Source: Octopus vulgaris (lineage: Eukaryota). From it: a DNA stretch of 64,000 nucleotides. The notes under the pieces are model-generated. The model saw only the letters and a program-made list of their open reading frames with translations, was not told the DNA's origin and searched no databases. Each line of letters begins with the position of its first letter. Positions within the stretch are counted from its first letter, which is position 1. The stretch spans positions 144,708,001-144,772,000 of the forward strand of contig OX597817.1 of assembly GCA_951406725.2 (NCBI GenBank). Reading direction: 5' to 3'. A program made the translations under genes and the position numbers. Below, in pieces: positions 39,521 through 53,305 of the stretch.

Positions 39521-39780
39521 GGAAACTGAAAGAAGCCTATTGTTTGTGTGTGTGTGTCTTCACAGAGTAATGGAAATGAACTCTACCACTTGTATTATGG
39601 TGACAATCATTTACAGCTATCACGTGATATCAAGACATGTCCAGCCAAGGATGGGAAACTGTTACTTTGCTTGGAAGTAGTTGAGGGTCAGTAGTAGGAA
39701 GGCCATTTGGCCATAGAAAATCTGCCTCAATGAATTCTTTCTGATCCATGCAAACATGGAAAAGTGGATAATAAAATGAG

Positions 39781-40277
39781 GCATGGCTGTGTGGTAAACA
39801 GCTTGCTTATAAACCACATGGTTCCGGGTTCAGTCCCACTGTGTGGCACCTTGGGCAAGTGTCTTCTACTATAGCCTCAGGCCGACCAAAGCCTTGTGAG
39901 TAGATTTGGTAGACAGAAACTGAAAGAAGCCCATCGTGTATATATATATATATGACACGTCAAGGATGACATGCAATTTCGTGAAACGTTCCATATTTAT
40001 AAGGCGCAGGAGTGGCTGTGTGGTAAGTAGCTTGCTTACTAACCACGTGATTCCGGGTTCAGTCCCATTGCGTGGCACCTTGGGCAAGTGTCTTCTACTA
40101 TAGCCTCGGGCCGACCAAAGCCTTGTGAGTGAATTGAGTGGCTTTGGTCGGCCCGAGGTTATAGTAGAAGACACTAGTCCAAGGTACCACACAGTGGGGC
40201 CGAACCTGAGACCATGTGGTTGGTAAGCAAGCTACTTACCACACAGCCACTCCTACTTACCACACAGCCACTCCTAC
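39781..40277. mobile_element. Cluster of three family A heads, the last two forming a palindrome
   Basis: + 39781-39935, + 40003-40135, - 40141-40255, then a ~22-bp tandem duplication. Confidence 0.85.
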
Positions 40278-41039
40278 TTTTTTTTTTATTTCTGGGTTAA
40301 CAAGATTACCAATGGTTTCATGCAAAGAGGAAGCTCTTAACAATTAATGTTGGTACTCATCACCATTTTATATACATGTATTGCTGACATATTCAATGCA
40401 TATAGAGAAATATGAAAAGTATGGGAGATATAACTCGTATGTTACCAACATTTAATGTCCATTTTTCCATGCCTGCAAGGGTTGTATGGTGTTCATTGAC
40501 GCACATTTCTATGGACAGGAAACCCCCTAGGTGACCAACTCTCTCTGTTTTCGGACAAGGTTATATTTCCTCATAGCCAGACATGTTTTCACAGAATACT
40601 AAAGATGAATGACACCGCTTGTATGACAGTGGCACTTCTTTACAACTACCATGAGATGTTAATACAAGGATATATAAGCATACACACACTCACACACACT
40701 ATGGGCTTCTTTCAGTTTCCATCAACCAAAGCTTTGTTTGACACAGAGCTATAGTAGAAGACACCTACCCAAGGCACCACTTGAAATCATGTTGCTGGGA
40801 AGCAAACTTCTTAACCACATAGCTATGCTTATGTGTACATACACACACTATTAGGTCAGTACCAAATTTAAAAGTACAGTTCATGTCAGTGAACTGTTGG
40901 ATATTAATCCAAGCTGATATCATTTATCTTCAGTGAATACAAAAAAAGAAGATAAAAAAATGAAACCGATTTTAGTGGTTTAGTTATTAAAATAAAAATA
41001 CATATGTTTGTTTACATATTTAAATATAAGGATATATGA

Positions 41040-41084
<45 letters not shown>

Positions 41085-41844
41085 AAGCATAGAAAGCAGC
41101 CGTTAAACAACGAGATATATTTATATATATGTATATGTTTATCTATATCTGTGTATCTAGCTTGGTATCTATCTTTTCTTAATGCTACAAAATCTCTGAC
41201 AGACCGCCAGAGGTATTGAGAGGGTGGAGGTGGTGCATATCTAAAAAGAATTATCTGCAGAATACCCAGGTGGCTTCCCACTTGTTTTATGATATAAGTT
41301 ATACTGGTGTTAGTTTTAGAAAAATTGTAAGTAAAGAGTCAGCGAAAGATTTCCAGTACTCTAATACCAACAAAGATTCTTTCTCTGTCTCTCTTTCTCT
41401 CGCTCTCTCTCATGGTTGTAATAAAAAAAAACTGAAACTCCATCAATTACAATGACAAAAGTTCCAGCCAATCCAATCAGTGGAAGACCCTGTTTGTGCA
41501 ATTAACATGCAAGTGGCTGAGCAATCCACAGACTTACATACCCTTAATAAAGTTCTCAGAGAGTTTCAGTTTCACACAGGATGTGGCAAGGCTGGCCCTT
41601 TGAATACTTTGATAAACATTTACTGTACAGTTAAATCATTGTGCTGATGAAGGGAAGCTTTTAGCTATGAATTTGTTTTTTCTTTTTTCATATATTACCA
41701 AATTATGATGGGTTGGGGATGAATTTTAGCCTTTTTGGGGAGAAGATCTTACTTTAAAGTTTTTCTTTTTTTTGTCTCAGTTTTCATTTATTCATAGCTT
41801 CAGGAATTTTAACTGCAAATTATCAAAGCATTACAGATCTTTGA

Positions 41845-41886
<42 letters not shown>

Positions 41887-43049
41887 TACAACTGCTGCTA
41901 CTACTATTTATTATCTTTTTTATCTGCTGTGCTATTTCAGAAGCAAACAACATCACACCAAATAACTTGAGCAAAATCTATTAATTCAAAATTGTTAGCC
42001 TCAAAACTTTCTTTCTTTCTTTCTTACTTTTTCTTTTCTTTTCTTTCTTTCTTTTATGCAATTTATATGACTTCATTTTAATTTATTGATAATAGGATTT
42101 GCAGTTGACTCAGACATGCACATATGTGTGTGTGTGTATGTATATATGTCATCATCATCATACACATCATCATTATTATTTAATGTCCATGTTCCATGTT
42201 GGAGTGTGTACTTATTTATGTGTATCTGCTGAATTATATTGAAGTGTTACATTACGAGTGTTACAAGCAACTTTCTTCTGATGAAGAGTTTAATATCACA
42301 ATTTCTTTTCCATACTGGCTTGGGCATCAAGTATCTATCTCAGAACAAACTTTTGAACTATCCCACATTACAAAGTATTAAGAGAAAATCAAACACAAAA
42401 GACAACAGAAATCATCTGTTTGCAACAGTAATTTTTACAGTTGAGCGTATTTTTCTAGCGACTACCAGTGTGTGATTCTGATATTTTCATTTATTTTATC
42501 TTATACAAATATTCTTAAAACAACAGGTTCTCTCATCATCTTTAAACTTTTACACACACACAAGCATGCATGTAACATTCTCTTTCGGCTATGGATATAT
42601 GCACATAAACACCTTCCTACGCCTTCAGAATATATGCACGTGTATGAAGAAAAATTTGAATATAGCTCTATGGAAAAGATGCAGAACTTTCCATGTCATG
42701 TTTTGAATTTATATTCTTCTCCAGATATTACGTTTCATGTTATGCCTGTGTAAGGTTCTGGAATAAATTAAATCTTGCAATCAGTCACCTTGTAGTTCTT
42801 GTTGTTGTTGAGGCTGGACCCAAGTCAACCCTGATTGAGCAAACATTTAATCAAAGCTATTCCAACTGTGACCACCCAGTCTTTATAAGTTACATAGAAA
42901 TACCTTTTGTTGTGTTTAAGATAGAAGTGCATGATTTGAAGAACATTTGGCTGCTATTTCTTGAAGGCCTAGGGTTCTCTTGTTGGTTCACTAGTTACTA
43001 TACTTAAATATATATTACTGTGCTCTTTTCCTTTGAAACCAAGAAGTAT

Positions 43050-45420
43050 AACCTGTTATCAGAAGATCAATCATTAGTCTTTAATCCATCTCTTGTTGCT
43101 CTGCAAGTTGGGTCATTCATTCTTACCACATCTACCTCTAGTCTGTTTTGTGCCATGCCAAGTATTTTTGTTCCATTCCATTCGGGTTTACAAACTATTT
43201 TCATCTTTTCTAGTTAAAGCAACATTATCAGCAAAATCCTTTTCATACAACATCTTGTCATCGTCCCATAATAAGCCTGTGGCTTGGTGTTCTTCCTCAG
43301 TCAACCTGCATCAGTCCAAAATCTGAAACACTATTAAAGAGGAATGGAAACAAAACATAACCCTGTTTAGCCCAAATCTCAACAGCAAAATGTTTATTGC
43401 CTCATTAACTTATACATAACACTTGGAAATTTATATATTGCTTTTGTTCATCAATCTGATCTGGCAGACTCCAATCTGATAGATCAGTTTGAAGTATTGT
43501 GCAGCCATCTGGTTTGCCAGACCTCGGTCAAATCGTCCAACCCATGCTAGCATGTAAAGCGGACGTTAAATGATGATGATCATCATCATTATTATCGTCG
43601 TTTAACATCCACTTTCCATGCTGGCATGCATTGGATGGTTTGACTGAGGGCTGGCAAGCCAGAAGGCTGCACCAGGCTCCAATCTGATTTGGCAAAGTTT
43701 CTACAGCTGGATGTCCTTCCTAATGCCAACCACTCCAAGAGTGTTATTTTATGTCTGTTTATTAATTATTTAGGTATTTCATAACTTCTGAGGGCTTCCC
43801 AAAGAATATTTCTGTTTGCAGTTTAAAACCTTCAGGAAACTGACAAAGTTAATGTCTGCCATTGACTTGTATTCACGAGAATTTTCAATTATGCATCACA
43901 ATTCAAAAATTGCAACAGTGCTTGATCTCATTCCACAAAATCCAGATTGTTGGTCTCTTGGAATTTCTCCTCTGATTCTGTTTAACACAACCACTAACCA
44001 GTCTACTGGTCACCAGAGAGAGAGACTATCCTCCAGCTTGACAGTCCTTGGAATTGCTTTTGGCAGTTTCACAATGACCGCTCTTTTTCATTCTTTTGCT
44101 GTTTCCTCATCTCACCAGATCATGTTGCTTTGATTAGTAACCCTGGCTTCTCTATATTAGCAAATTCGCCTAAGATTCTGTCTGCGTCTGTAGCTTTGTA
44201 ATTTTCCAATGATTCCAAAACTTTCTAAACCTCTCCTAATGTAATTTCATCATCATCTATCTTATGGTTATTTAAATAGTTGACCTTGTGTTAAATACTG
44301 CCTTCATGTTTAGGCTAATACCTCCTCTGAGTGTCCTAACTTGCTTCATTCAGAATTCAAAATCAAGTTGATGGGTCCTCTCCTTTTCTATTAGTTTGGA
44401 ATCTTTAACTCATTTACAGATTGTATCTTCATTGTGTCTTTTCTATAAGCATTTCCATCGTTGTTCTGATTAGCTTTCTGCTCTAGTACTCTACCAAAAC
44501 CTTTACATGTTTCACCCTCTTCTCTTCCCAGGCACATCGTTTCTCTGTTGAGCTTTCTGTTCGTCATAAGTCCTTTTATTCTAATAGCTTATTTCCTCAA
44601 AGTGCTGTTCTCTGGAACTCACTATCATCCTCCTGTTTCCCTCTGTAAGTTTTTTGTCAATCAATATCTTTTAAATTTATAGGCCCCTTCTTTTCACTCT
44701 TTGTAATCCCTTAAACTACATTGACCTCAAGTCTTGTTTGGGACCAAAATGTTTGAAAAAAATTATTTAGGTTAATTTTAGCACTTCTTTGATGTAATTC
44801 TAGTCTTTCATTTTTCATTCTTTTCTGTCTTCAGACACCTTGTTTAAGAATAAACGTGTTTGTGTGTGTGTGTATGTAACCTTATCCCGACGACATGAGA
44901 TGGCTATAAACAAGTGATGCTTTTACATTTCTGTCTTTCTGTCTTCCATGGAAAAACACGTCTGCCTACGGGAAATATTACCTTGCTTGTAAACATTTGA
45001 GAGTTGGTGACAGGAAAGGCATCTAACTGTAGAGAATCTAGCTTTACAAATTCTATCTGATTCATGCAAGCATGGGAAAGTGAACTTTAAATGATGATGA
45101 CGATGATTCATATGATCATCATCATCATCATCATGATTTTTCTCTTCTGTTTTCAGCTGTTTCGATTGTTTTTCAATTTACTCCAATATTGATCTATATC
45201 TGTTTCTGCATTTAATGTGGCATATTGGTTCTTGAGGTTGAACTGATAGAGTTCTCTGATGTCATGTTCATTAACTTCGCCAATATCAGAAATTGCCTTG
45301 ATTTTTTTCTTTTAAAGATTTTTAAAATAATTTTTTCATCAGTTCTATCTTCATATCTGCCTTATAATGATCTGAACCAATGTCTGCGCCACTGAATACA
45401 TGAAAGTCTTGAGAAGGTTT
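43050..45420 (-). mobile_element. Decayed RTE-like LINE (APE endonuclease plus RT) with nested SINEs
   Basis: Minus-strand GADIGSDHY (~45360-45400), EITLGEV..LENYKATDAD (~44170-44250), a KQG..F.FLFN-like motif (~43330-43375) and DFADNVA (~43220-43240), in the correct order. Confidence 0.7.
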
Positions 45421-45509
45421 TTTTCCCATCTCCTAGCATTTAGGATGTTGGACAAATGATCATAAAGTCATGAGATTCAATTTGTGGTGTAGGTAGAGCA
45501 TTTTGTTCT

Positions 45510-45732
45510 TTAACTCTAGCATTCAGATTGGCAAATGTAATGCTTATTTTTCACATCGTTTTGAATTAATCATGCTGTATCTCATAGCTTCAAGATGTCA
45601 ATGATGTGATGGTTTATTTTAAGAATGACATTGTAGGGTAGGTGTAAGAGGCTGGATCTGGCTGGCTTGAACATAAAACAGAGAGAATATTTGGGCCAGA
45701 TGTGGGGGCCAGTTTAAATGCTAAAGGGTTAA
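45510..45732. mobile_element. TTAA piggyBac-like MITE
   Basis: TTAACTCTAGCATT..AATGCTAAAGGGTTAA. Confidence 0.7.
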
Positions 45733-46327
45733 CAAAGCATTTCGTTTCACATCAAAAACTTTGCAGTTAAAAAGAATAAGAGAAAACTTTTCAGATATGA
45801 ATAAAGTAGAAATAGACACAAATAAACATTATTTTCCCATCTTAATGTTAACTTTGTTTCATTTTGAAAAATAAAAATTTATTTTATGGTTTATTATTAT
45901 ATATATTTTGAATTACATACATATGGGGCACTAAAATCTTTTAAGTGCTTAGGGCCTCAATGGGTCTTAATCTGGCCTTGGTGATGATTCTGTCATGTAC
46001 AGGTTCTCAGTTCACTAACAAATTTGAAGCTACCTTATCTAGCAATCTGAAATTGTTTATCTCTATAGAGAATTAAAATGTTATCCCCTATCCAAGTCTT
46101 ATCCTATCACAGCCTTCTAACTTCACTCATACCCAATTCAAAAACACCATATCTGTAAATTTTCCATTTCCCTATCTTGTCTGTCTCTCTTACCATTATG
46201 ATTAAGTGTCTACACATTTTGAGATATGAAATGATATTAAGTTTTGACTTTAAGAATCTGATTGCTAAAGTGAATAACTTTTTGATAATCAGATGATCAG
46301 GATATGTGTGTGCATGCAATATATATG

Positions 46328-46363
<36 letters not shown>

Positions 46364-46837
46364 GGGAGTATAATTCCAAACTTACAAGGAAAAATTCAAT
46401 TTAGTATTAAATCAAATTTATATGATAAAATATATGATAAAACATTTACCTAGATCACAATAAAGTACATAATAATAAACAGTATATAATTAGTATAATT
46501 ATATACTGTGTGTATATATATATTATTACAAATTTGGGATTTTACCAACAGAACCGCAACTCCTATTTCAGGATAACCTTATTGTATGGAATATACATAG
46601 AAAGTTATATTCAATAAAATAATATAAGCATTTAGAAAACTTACTATAAAATACAATAGAATTATTTGAAAGAATATTTGAGAAAATCTATATAACTTAC
46701 CTGTTATTAGTCTGTAGGGAAAGAAGATATTTCTAATCAATGCTACACATGTTTCTGCGCTGGTCGGGAGTTTATAGAGGCTATATATATATATATATAT
46801 AGTCCCATTTTTGTATTATATATATATATCATCAGCA

Positions 46838-47216
46838 TCATCATCATCGTTTAGCATCCGCTTTCCATGCTAGCATGGGTTGGACGGTTCAACTGGGGTC
46901 TGGGAAGCCAGAAGGCTGCACCATACCCAGTTTGATCTGGCAATGTTTCTACGGCTGGATGCCCTTCCTAACGCCAACCACTCCATGAGTGTAGTGGGTG
47001 CTTTTTATATATATTCTTTTATTTGTTTCAGTTATTTGAGTGCAGCCATGCTGGAGCACCGCCTTTAGTCAAACAAATTGACCCCAGGATTTATTCTTTG
47101 TAAGCCTAATAATTATTCTATTGGTCTGTTATGCCGAACCACTAAGTTACGGTGACATAAAGACACCAACATCGGTTGTCAAGTGATGGTGGGGTGACAA
47201 ACACAGACACACAAAC

Positions 47217-47276
<60 letters not shown>

Positions 47277-47845
47277 TATATGTATATATATACACATACA
47301 TACAAGATGGGCTTCTTTCAGTTTCTGTTTAGCAAATTCACTCACAAGGCTTTAGTTGGCCCGAGGCTATAGTAGAAGACACTTTTCACTCTTTGAAACT
47401 GACTGAACCTAGAACCATGTGGTTAGTAAACATGCTACTTACCACACACCCACTCTTGTGCCTATATATATGCATTTAGAATATGTATTACCGAAGCAGT
47501 ACAATGTGCTTGAGGAGACCTATTGAGTCAAGTACTTAACATCAACATCAAAATAAATATCAAATGGAAATTGGAGTTGTGATCCCTGTGCCGGTGGCAC
47601 GTAAAAATCACCAACTGTTCGTGGCCGCTGCCAGCCTCCCTTAGCACCTGTGCCGGTGGCACGTAAAATGCACCCACTACACTCACGGAGTGGTTGGCGT
47701 TAGGAAGGGCATCCAGCTGTAGAAACACTGCCAGATCAGACTGGAACCTGGTGCAGCTTCCTGGCTTCCCAGGCCCCAGTCAAACCATCCAACCCGTGCT
47801 AGCATGGAAAACGGACGTTAAACGATGATGATGATGATGATGATA
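46838..47845. mobile_element. SINE cluster: C (-) 46838-47005, A (-) 47015-47465, C (+) 47490-47845
   Basis: Family motifs and tails. Confidence 0.8.
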
Positions 47846-48318
47846 TATATATATATGCATATACTTTTCAATTAATTTTAACTGTTAGTTTTATAAGTGC
47901 CATGCATGAAACTCTTGGCCTTCGAGTTACTTTTATAACTTTCTGCCAATTAAAAATAATAGATAGTTATATACACTCCTGTATTGAGTTCTATTTCTCC
48001 TGTCTGTTCTTCCAAACTTATATATGGATGTATGTATGCATGTACATGCATATATATATATGCAAATGTGTGTGATGGTGCATATATATGTATAGGTATG
48101 TGTGTGTAAGCCTAAGATCATTTTATGAGATACAGACAGTTGTGTTTTGGCATGGAAGAGAGAAGCAGAGAGAAGAGGATTGGTGTTTTATCAGCATTTG
48201 AGTTAACATTTATTGTGGTTAAAGATATTGAAGTTTTGTATCTACAATGAATCAACAGAGATTAATGAACTGACACTCAACATGACATCATATTTGAAAG
48301 ACTTTCTGGTATTCATAT

Positions 48319-49410
48319 GTGTGTGTGTATGTATGTGTGTGTATATGTGTGTATTTATGTATGTATTTAGGTATGTATGATTTTATTTATGTAGGTATTT
48401 ATGCATGTATATATGTATGTATTTATGCATGTATGTATATATGTATATATGTATGTATTTATGTATTTATGTATGCATGCATATATGTATTTATGTATGT
48501 ATATATGTATGTATGTATATATATATGTATATATATATATATGTATGTATATATATATATATGTGTGTATATATATATGTATATATATATATGTGTATAT
48601 ATATATGTATATGTATATATATATATGTGTGTATATATATATGTATATGTATATATATATATATGTATATATATGTATATGTATATATATATATATGTAT
48701 ATATATATGTATATGTATATATATATGTATATATATGTATATGTATATATATATGTATATATATGTATATGTATATATATATGTATATATATGTATATGT
48801 ATATATATATGTATATATATGTATATGTATATGTATATATATGCATATGTATATGTATATGTATATATATGTGTATATATATGCATATGTATATGTATAT
48901 GTATATATATGTATATGTATATGTATATATATATGTATATATATATATGTATATATATGTATATGTATATATATATATATGTATATATATGTATATGTAT
49001 GCATATGTATATATGTATGTGTATATATGTATGTATATGTATATATGTATGTATATATATGTATATGTATATGTATATATATATATGTATGTATATATAT
49101 GTATATGTATATATATGCATATGTATATATATGTATATGTATATGTATATATATGCATATGTATATATGTATGTATATATGTATGTATATATGTATGTAT
49201 ATATGTATGTATATATGTATATATGTATATATATATGTATATATATATACATGTATATATACATGTATATATATATATGTATATATACATGTATATGTAT
49301 ATATATACATGTATATATATATATGTATATATACATGTATATGTATATATATACATGTATATATATATGTATATATACATGTATATGTATATATATATAT
49401 GTATATATAC

Positions 49411-49442
<32 letters not shown>

Positions 49443-49470
49443 ATGTATATATATATATGTATATATATAT

Positions 49471-49499
<29 letters not shown>
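48319..49499. repeat. ~1.2 kb compound TA/TATG/TATATG microsatellite
   Basis: Direct inspection; it explains the 280-460 aa pseudo-ORFs. Confidence 0.97.
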
Positions 49500-49501
<2 letters not shown>

Positions 49502-49935
49502 GTTTGTGGGTGTTTGTGAAAGAAGAAGAGAGAAAGAGGAAAGGAAGAAAGCTGATGATTAAAGAGGTAGAAAAAGTGACAAAGAATATACAAAGTCTTA
49601 AGATCTTTGTAAATCTTGCAAATCAAAACCGTGTTTTGTAAACGCAAAAGATTTCTATAATAAAAAGACTCACCAACCATCACCCACAACTGAATCCTCG
49701 TCATGCTGATATAGGAAGATTGGCTTAAAACCATTGATGTCATGGATAATCAAAGAATATTATTTAATCATTGACTTCTGCGTAATAGATGTTTCCAATT
49801 CCTTTCTCTGATGACAAAGCAAAACACTGTCTATTGAATGGTTTTGTTTCTCAGATTAAAATATCTATAAAACCACTGTTATAATACTACAAACATTGAC
49901 ATCCATAGCAAATCAATATTATTGATTTCTTACAG

Positions 49936-49971
49936 AGCCTGAAGACGTCGGGTTTAGCAAAAAAGAGGATT
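49936..49971 (+). CDS. Candidate 36-nt phase-1 exon (xPEDVGFSKKED)
   Basis: TTTCTTACAG acceptor, GTATGG donor, frame-preserving length; no homology recognised. Confidence 0.2.
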
Positions 49972-50115
49972 GTATGGCATTCATGCCTTTCTTTACTTAC
50001 TTAGAGTGTTATGAGTCAAAGAAAATCTCCAGAACTAACATGAATGCAAGTTGTGGTTGACTAAATGGGGGCGGTGGTTGTGGTGGTGCTGGTGATGGTT
50101 ATTATTAATGTTATT

Positions 50116-50792
50116 GAGTGAGAGAGCAATGCATACCATCAAAGTGACACTGGGGTACAAATATAGAAAGCCCATGATTTTTATTATCATCATTATTATT
50201 ATTGCCTTTGCACAGCTTCTAACGTTGTACTACACTGGAGATGTACTACAGTGTCAGCTGTGCACTGCCAGTGAACTAAGGTAACACCTCTTATTTTTTG
50301 AGCACCTGCCGGAATATTCGGGCGGTTCCAAGATCATCATCATCATTATTATATGTTTGACTTTTGCATTGTATTTGTACAAGTTGAATCCAAGTCTCAC
50401 CCAGAGACCTCAAGAGACAACAAGTTAGAAGTTCAAGTTGGTGTTATGCCTAGGGTGCCATATACTTGGTTTTGTACATAGTTTTGTTCTAGAGAACGTT
50501 TAAGGAAACATAAGAAAATTATAAGTTTGTTTTAAAATTTGAGATTACATAGACAGTATTTTACATAGGATATGGGCAGTTCCCATGACCACTATGTTTT
50601 GAATTTCTGCCATTTTGGGGTTTCCTGGTATCTGAGCTAGGTAGCAATCAGCCCCTTTTGCTATAATTCTTAGGGCACCTATGACAACAGCTATTGTTTT
50701 AATCTTGTGGTTCCACATTTTGCCGATTTCTATTTCAAGATCATTATACTTGCTCAGTTTTTGGCAGGTCTTGATAGATACAGTTATGTCAA
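50116..50792 (-). mobile_element. Three stacked retroelement 3' ends in (TAA)n/(CAT)n (R4/Dong-like)
   Basis: 50116-50176 matches the 4776 terminus; 50204-50332 LGTARIFRQVLKK*; 50352-50792 EIEIGKMWNHKIKTIAVVIGAL. Confidence 0.75.
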
Positions 50793-51166
50793 TTATTATT
50801 ATTGTTGTTGTTGTTATTATGGTATTGAACTAGCAGAATCATTAGCATGCTGGAGAAAATGCCTAATGTTGTTTCACCTGGCTTTACATTCTGAGTTCAA
50901 ATCCTGCTGAGGTCGACTTTGCCTTTCATCCTTTCGGAGTCAATAAAATAAATGCCAGTTGAACACTAGGGTTGAAGTAATTGACTCTTCCTTTTCCCCA
51001 ACATTTTGTGATTTGTGCTTCTACTACAGGTCAATTATCTCATCCTCTAGCATGAAGCTCATAGACCCACTCCACCCATCCACTGGCTTGTAGTTCTGTA
51101 AGCTGCATGGCAACTTCAATAGTGTAGTGGCATGCAACAGGCCAGTCCACCACTATAAATTAGCTG

Positions 51167-51473
51167 GAGATGATTTTTAAAATGAGAATATCTGAAATAA
51201 ACTCAACTGCTCTCACAAACGAGAGTACTGAAAATGAACCCGACTGCTCTCAAAAATTAAGTAAAAAAACCAGAAAAATAATCTAGAATCCTTGTCTGGT
51301 ACCAGATTGATCCCAAAATCTAATCAGTTCATGCCAGTCATGAGGTCAAACATCCCAGAAAGTTTCATCCGAATCCATCCATCTGTTCTTGAGATATCTT
51401 GTCCATGGACAAACAAACAAATAAACAAACGCAACTGAAAGCAATACCTCCACCTTTGCTAAGGTGGAAGTAA
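51167..51473 (-). mobile_element. Helentron-like element, second copy (3'-truncated)
   Basis: Reverse-complement match to about 6136-6435. Confidence 0.7.
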
Positions 51474-51829
51474 CAATAATAACATTGACCCTTTTTACTA
51501 TAAGCACAAGGCCTGAAATTTTGTGGGAGGGTGCCAGTTGATTACATTGAGGCCAGTGCTCAACTGGTATTTATTTTTATCAATGCCAAAAGGAAGGAAA
51601 GCACAGTTGACTATGACAGAATTTGACTGCAGAACATCAAGATAAAATAAATACCACTAAGCACTTGCCCAGCACTAATTATTCTGCCAGCTCACTGCTT
51701 AATAATAACTTTTTTCTACTTTAAGCACAAGGCCTGAAATTTTAGGGGAGGTAACTGACCCCAGTACCAGTTGGTGCTTATATTAAGAATCCCCACCAAA
51801 AATATATATATTAGAAAGAGAAAGTGAAG

Positions 51830-52014
51830 CAGATAGATAGATAGACAGATAGAGAGATAGATAGAGATAAATGGAGATAGATAGATACATAGATACATAC
51901 ATACTTACATAATACATACATACATACTTGGAAAAAGATGTGTGGCGTTCGATCATATAATACTATAAATAATATATAAATATATGCATATATACATACG
52001 TATATGTACATACC

Positions 52015-52094
<80 letters not shown>

Positions 52095-52247
52095 GTATAT
52101 ATATATGTATATATATATGTATATATATATGTATATATATATTATATATATATATGTATATATATATATGTATATATATATGTATATATAGTATGTATAT
52201 ATATATGTATGTATATATGTATGTATATATATATGTATATATATATG

Positions 52248-52290
<43 letters not shown>
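51830..52290. repeat. GATA, TACA and TA microsatellites
   Basis: Direct inspection. Confidence 0.95.
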
Positions 52291-52293
<3 letters not shown>

Positions 52294-52632
52294 TATATGG
52301 GTACAGGACATCAAAAAAACGTTGAACACAAGGAAAAATGAAAACATAAAAACAAAAACATAGAAACAAACTTTTTTTGAACAATGAAAAAACAAACAGA
52401 GAAACAAGACATCATACATACATACATACATACATACATACATAGGTAGATAGATGGATGGATGGGTGGGTGGGATGGGATTCGATTGGATTGGTAAGAG
52501 ATGCAGAGAAGGTAGACAAGACAGACAGCTGCATAATAATAATAATGATTGAAGTTTAGTTTATTTTTTATATATATTTTCGTTCTTCTTTGTTATTTAG
52601 CTTTTGTTTTATTTCCCTGCTGCTCTACTTAG

Positions 52633-52676
52633 CTTCGGAGAATGTATACATCAATGAACAGAATGAGAAAATATAG
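52633..52676 (+). CDS. Candidate terminal coding exon (xSENVYINEQNEKI*)
   Basis: Long pyrimidine tract ending CTACTTAG; phase compatible with 49936-49971. Confidence 0.2.
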
Positions 52677-53032
52677 ATTTTTAACAGATCTATATAACCA
52701 GATCTTAACTAATTGACTGCATATCTTACTAGTAACAGTTGTAATGTAATGTTGATCCATGTAAGACTTTATTTTTGGTCAATTTACTTGCTAAACTGGT
52801 ATTGTTAATTAAAATGGTTAAGATAGTGTGAGATCTCAGCTCAGCTTATCTGCATCTCTTAGCTTCTTCATTTAGTTATTTATTTTCATTTTAGAGAACT
52901 TTTTAGGCTTTATTTTATTGTTGTTTTTTATTACAGCTCTCCACACATTGACAGAAACAAAGATTGGTAATGGAGTGGCACTATAAAATATTAAATGTAT
53001 AGAATTTAGCATACATATACACCTTAGCTCTC

Positions 53033-53305
53033 TTAGGTCTTAGACCCTCCAGTACTGTCAGCTCCACATGCAATGACCCTTTTCCGGACATCCTGATTGT
53101 TTGCCTTGCTCCTGGCTCCACTTGGGCCAACTCCCATTGCTGTCATGTCATCCCAGAACATATTGCGCCACATCTTGTTTACACACATTTTATACACACA
53201 CACACATATGCACATATATATATACACACACACATACATACACTTGTACTCATCTACTGCTAGACCAACAGCCACCTATGCCTGTGAAACCTGGAAGAAG
53301 ACAAC
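53033..53305. mobile_element. RTE fragments in opposite orientations
   Basis: Minus KMWRNMFWDDMTAMGV..ANNQDVRKRVIA; plus RPTATYACETWK. Confidence 0.6.

Noticed and set aside
48319-49743. Long ORFs of 281-458 aa
   Set aside because: Translations of a TA/TG microsatellite, open in several frames on both strands.
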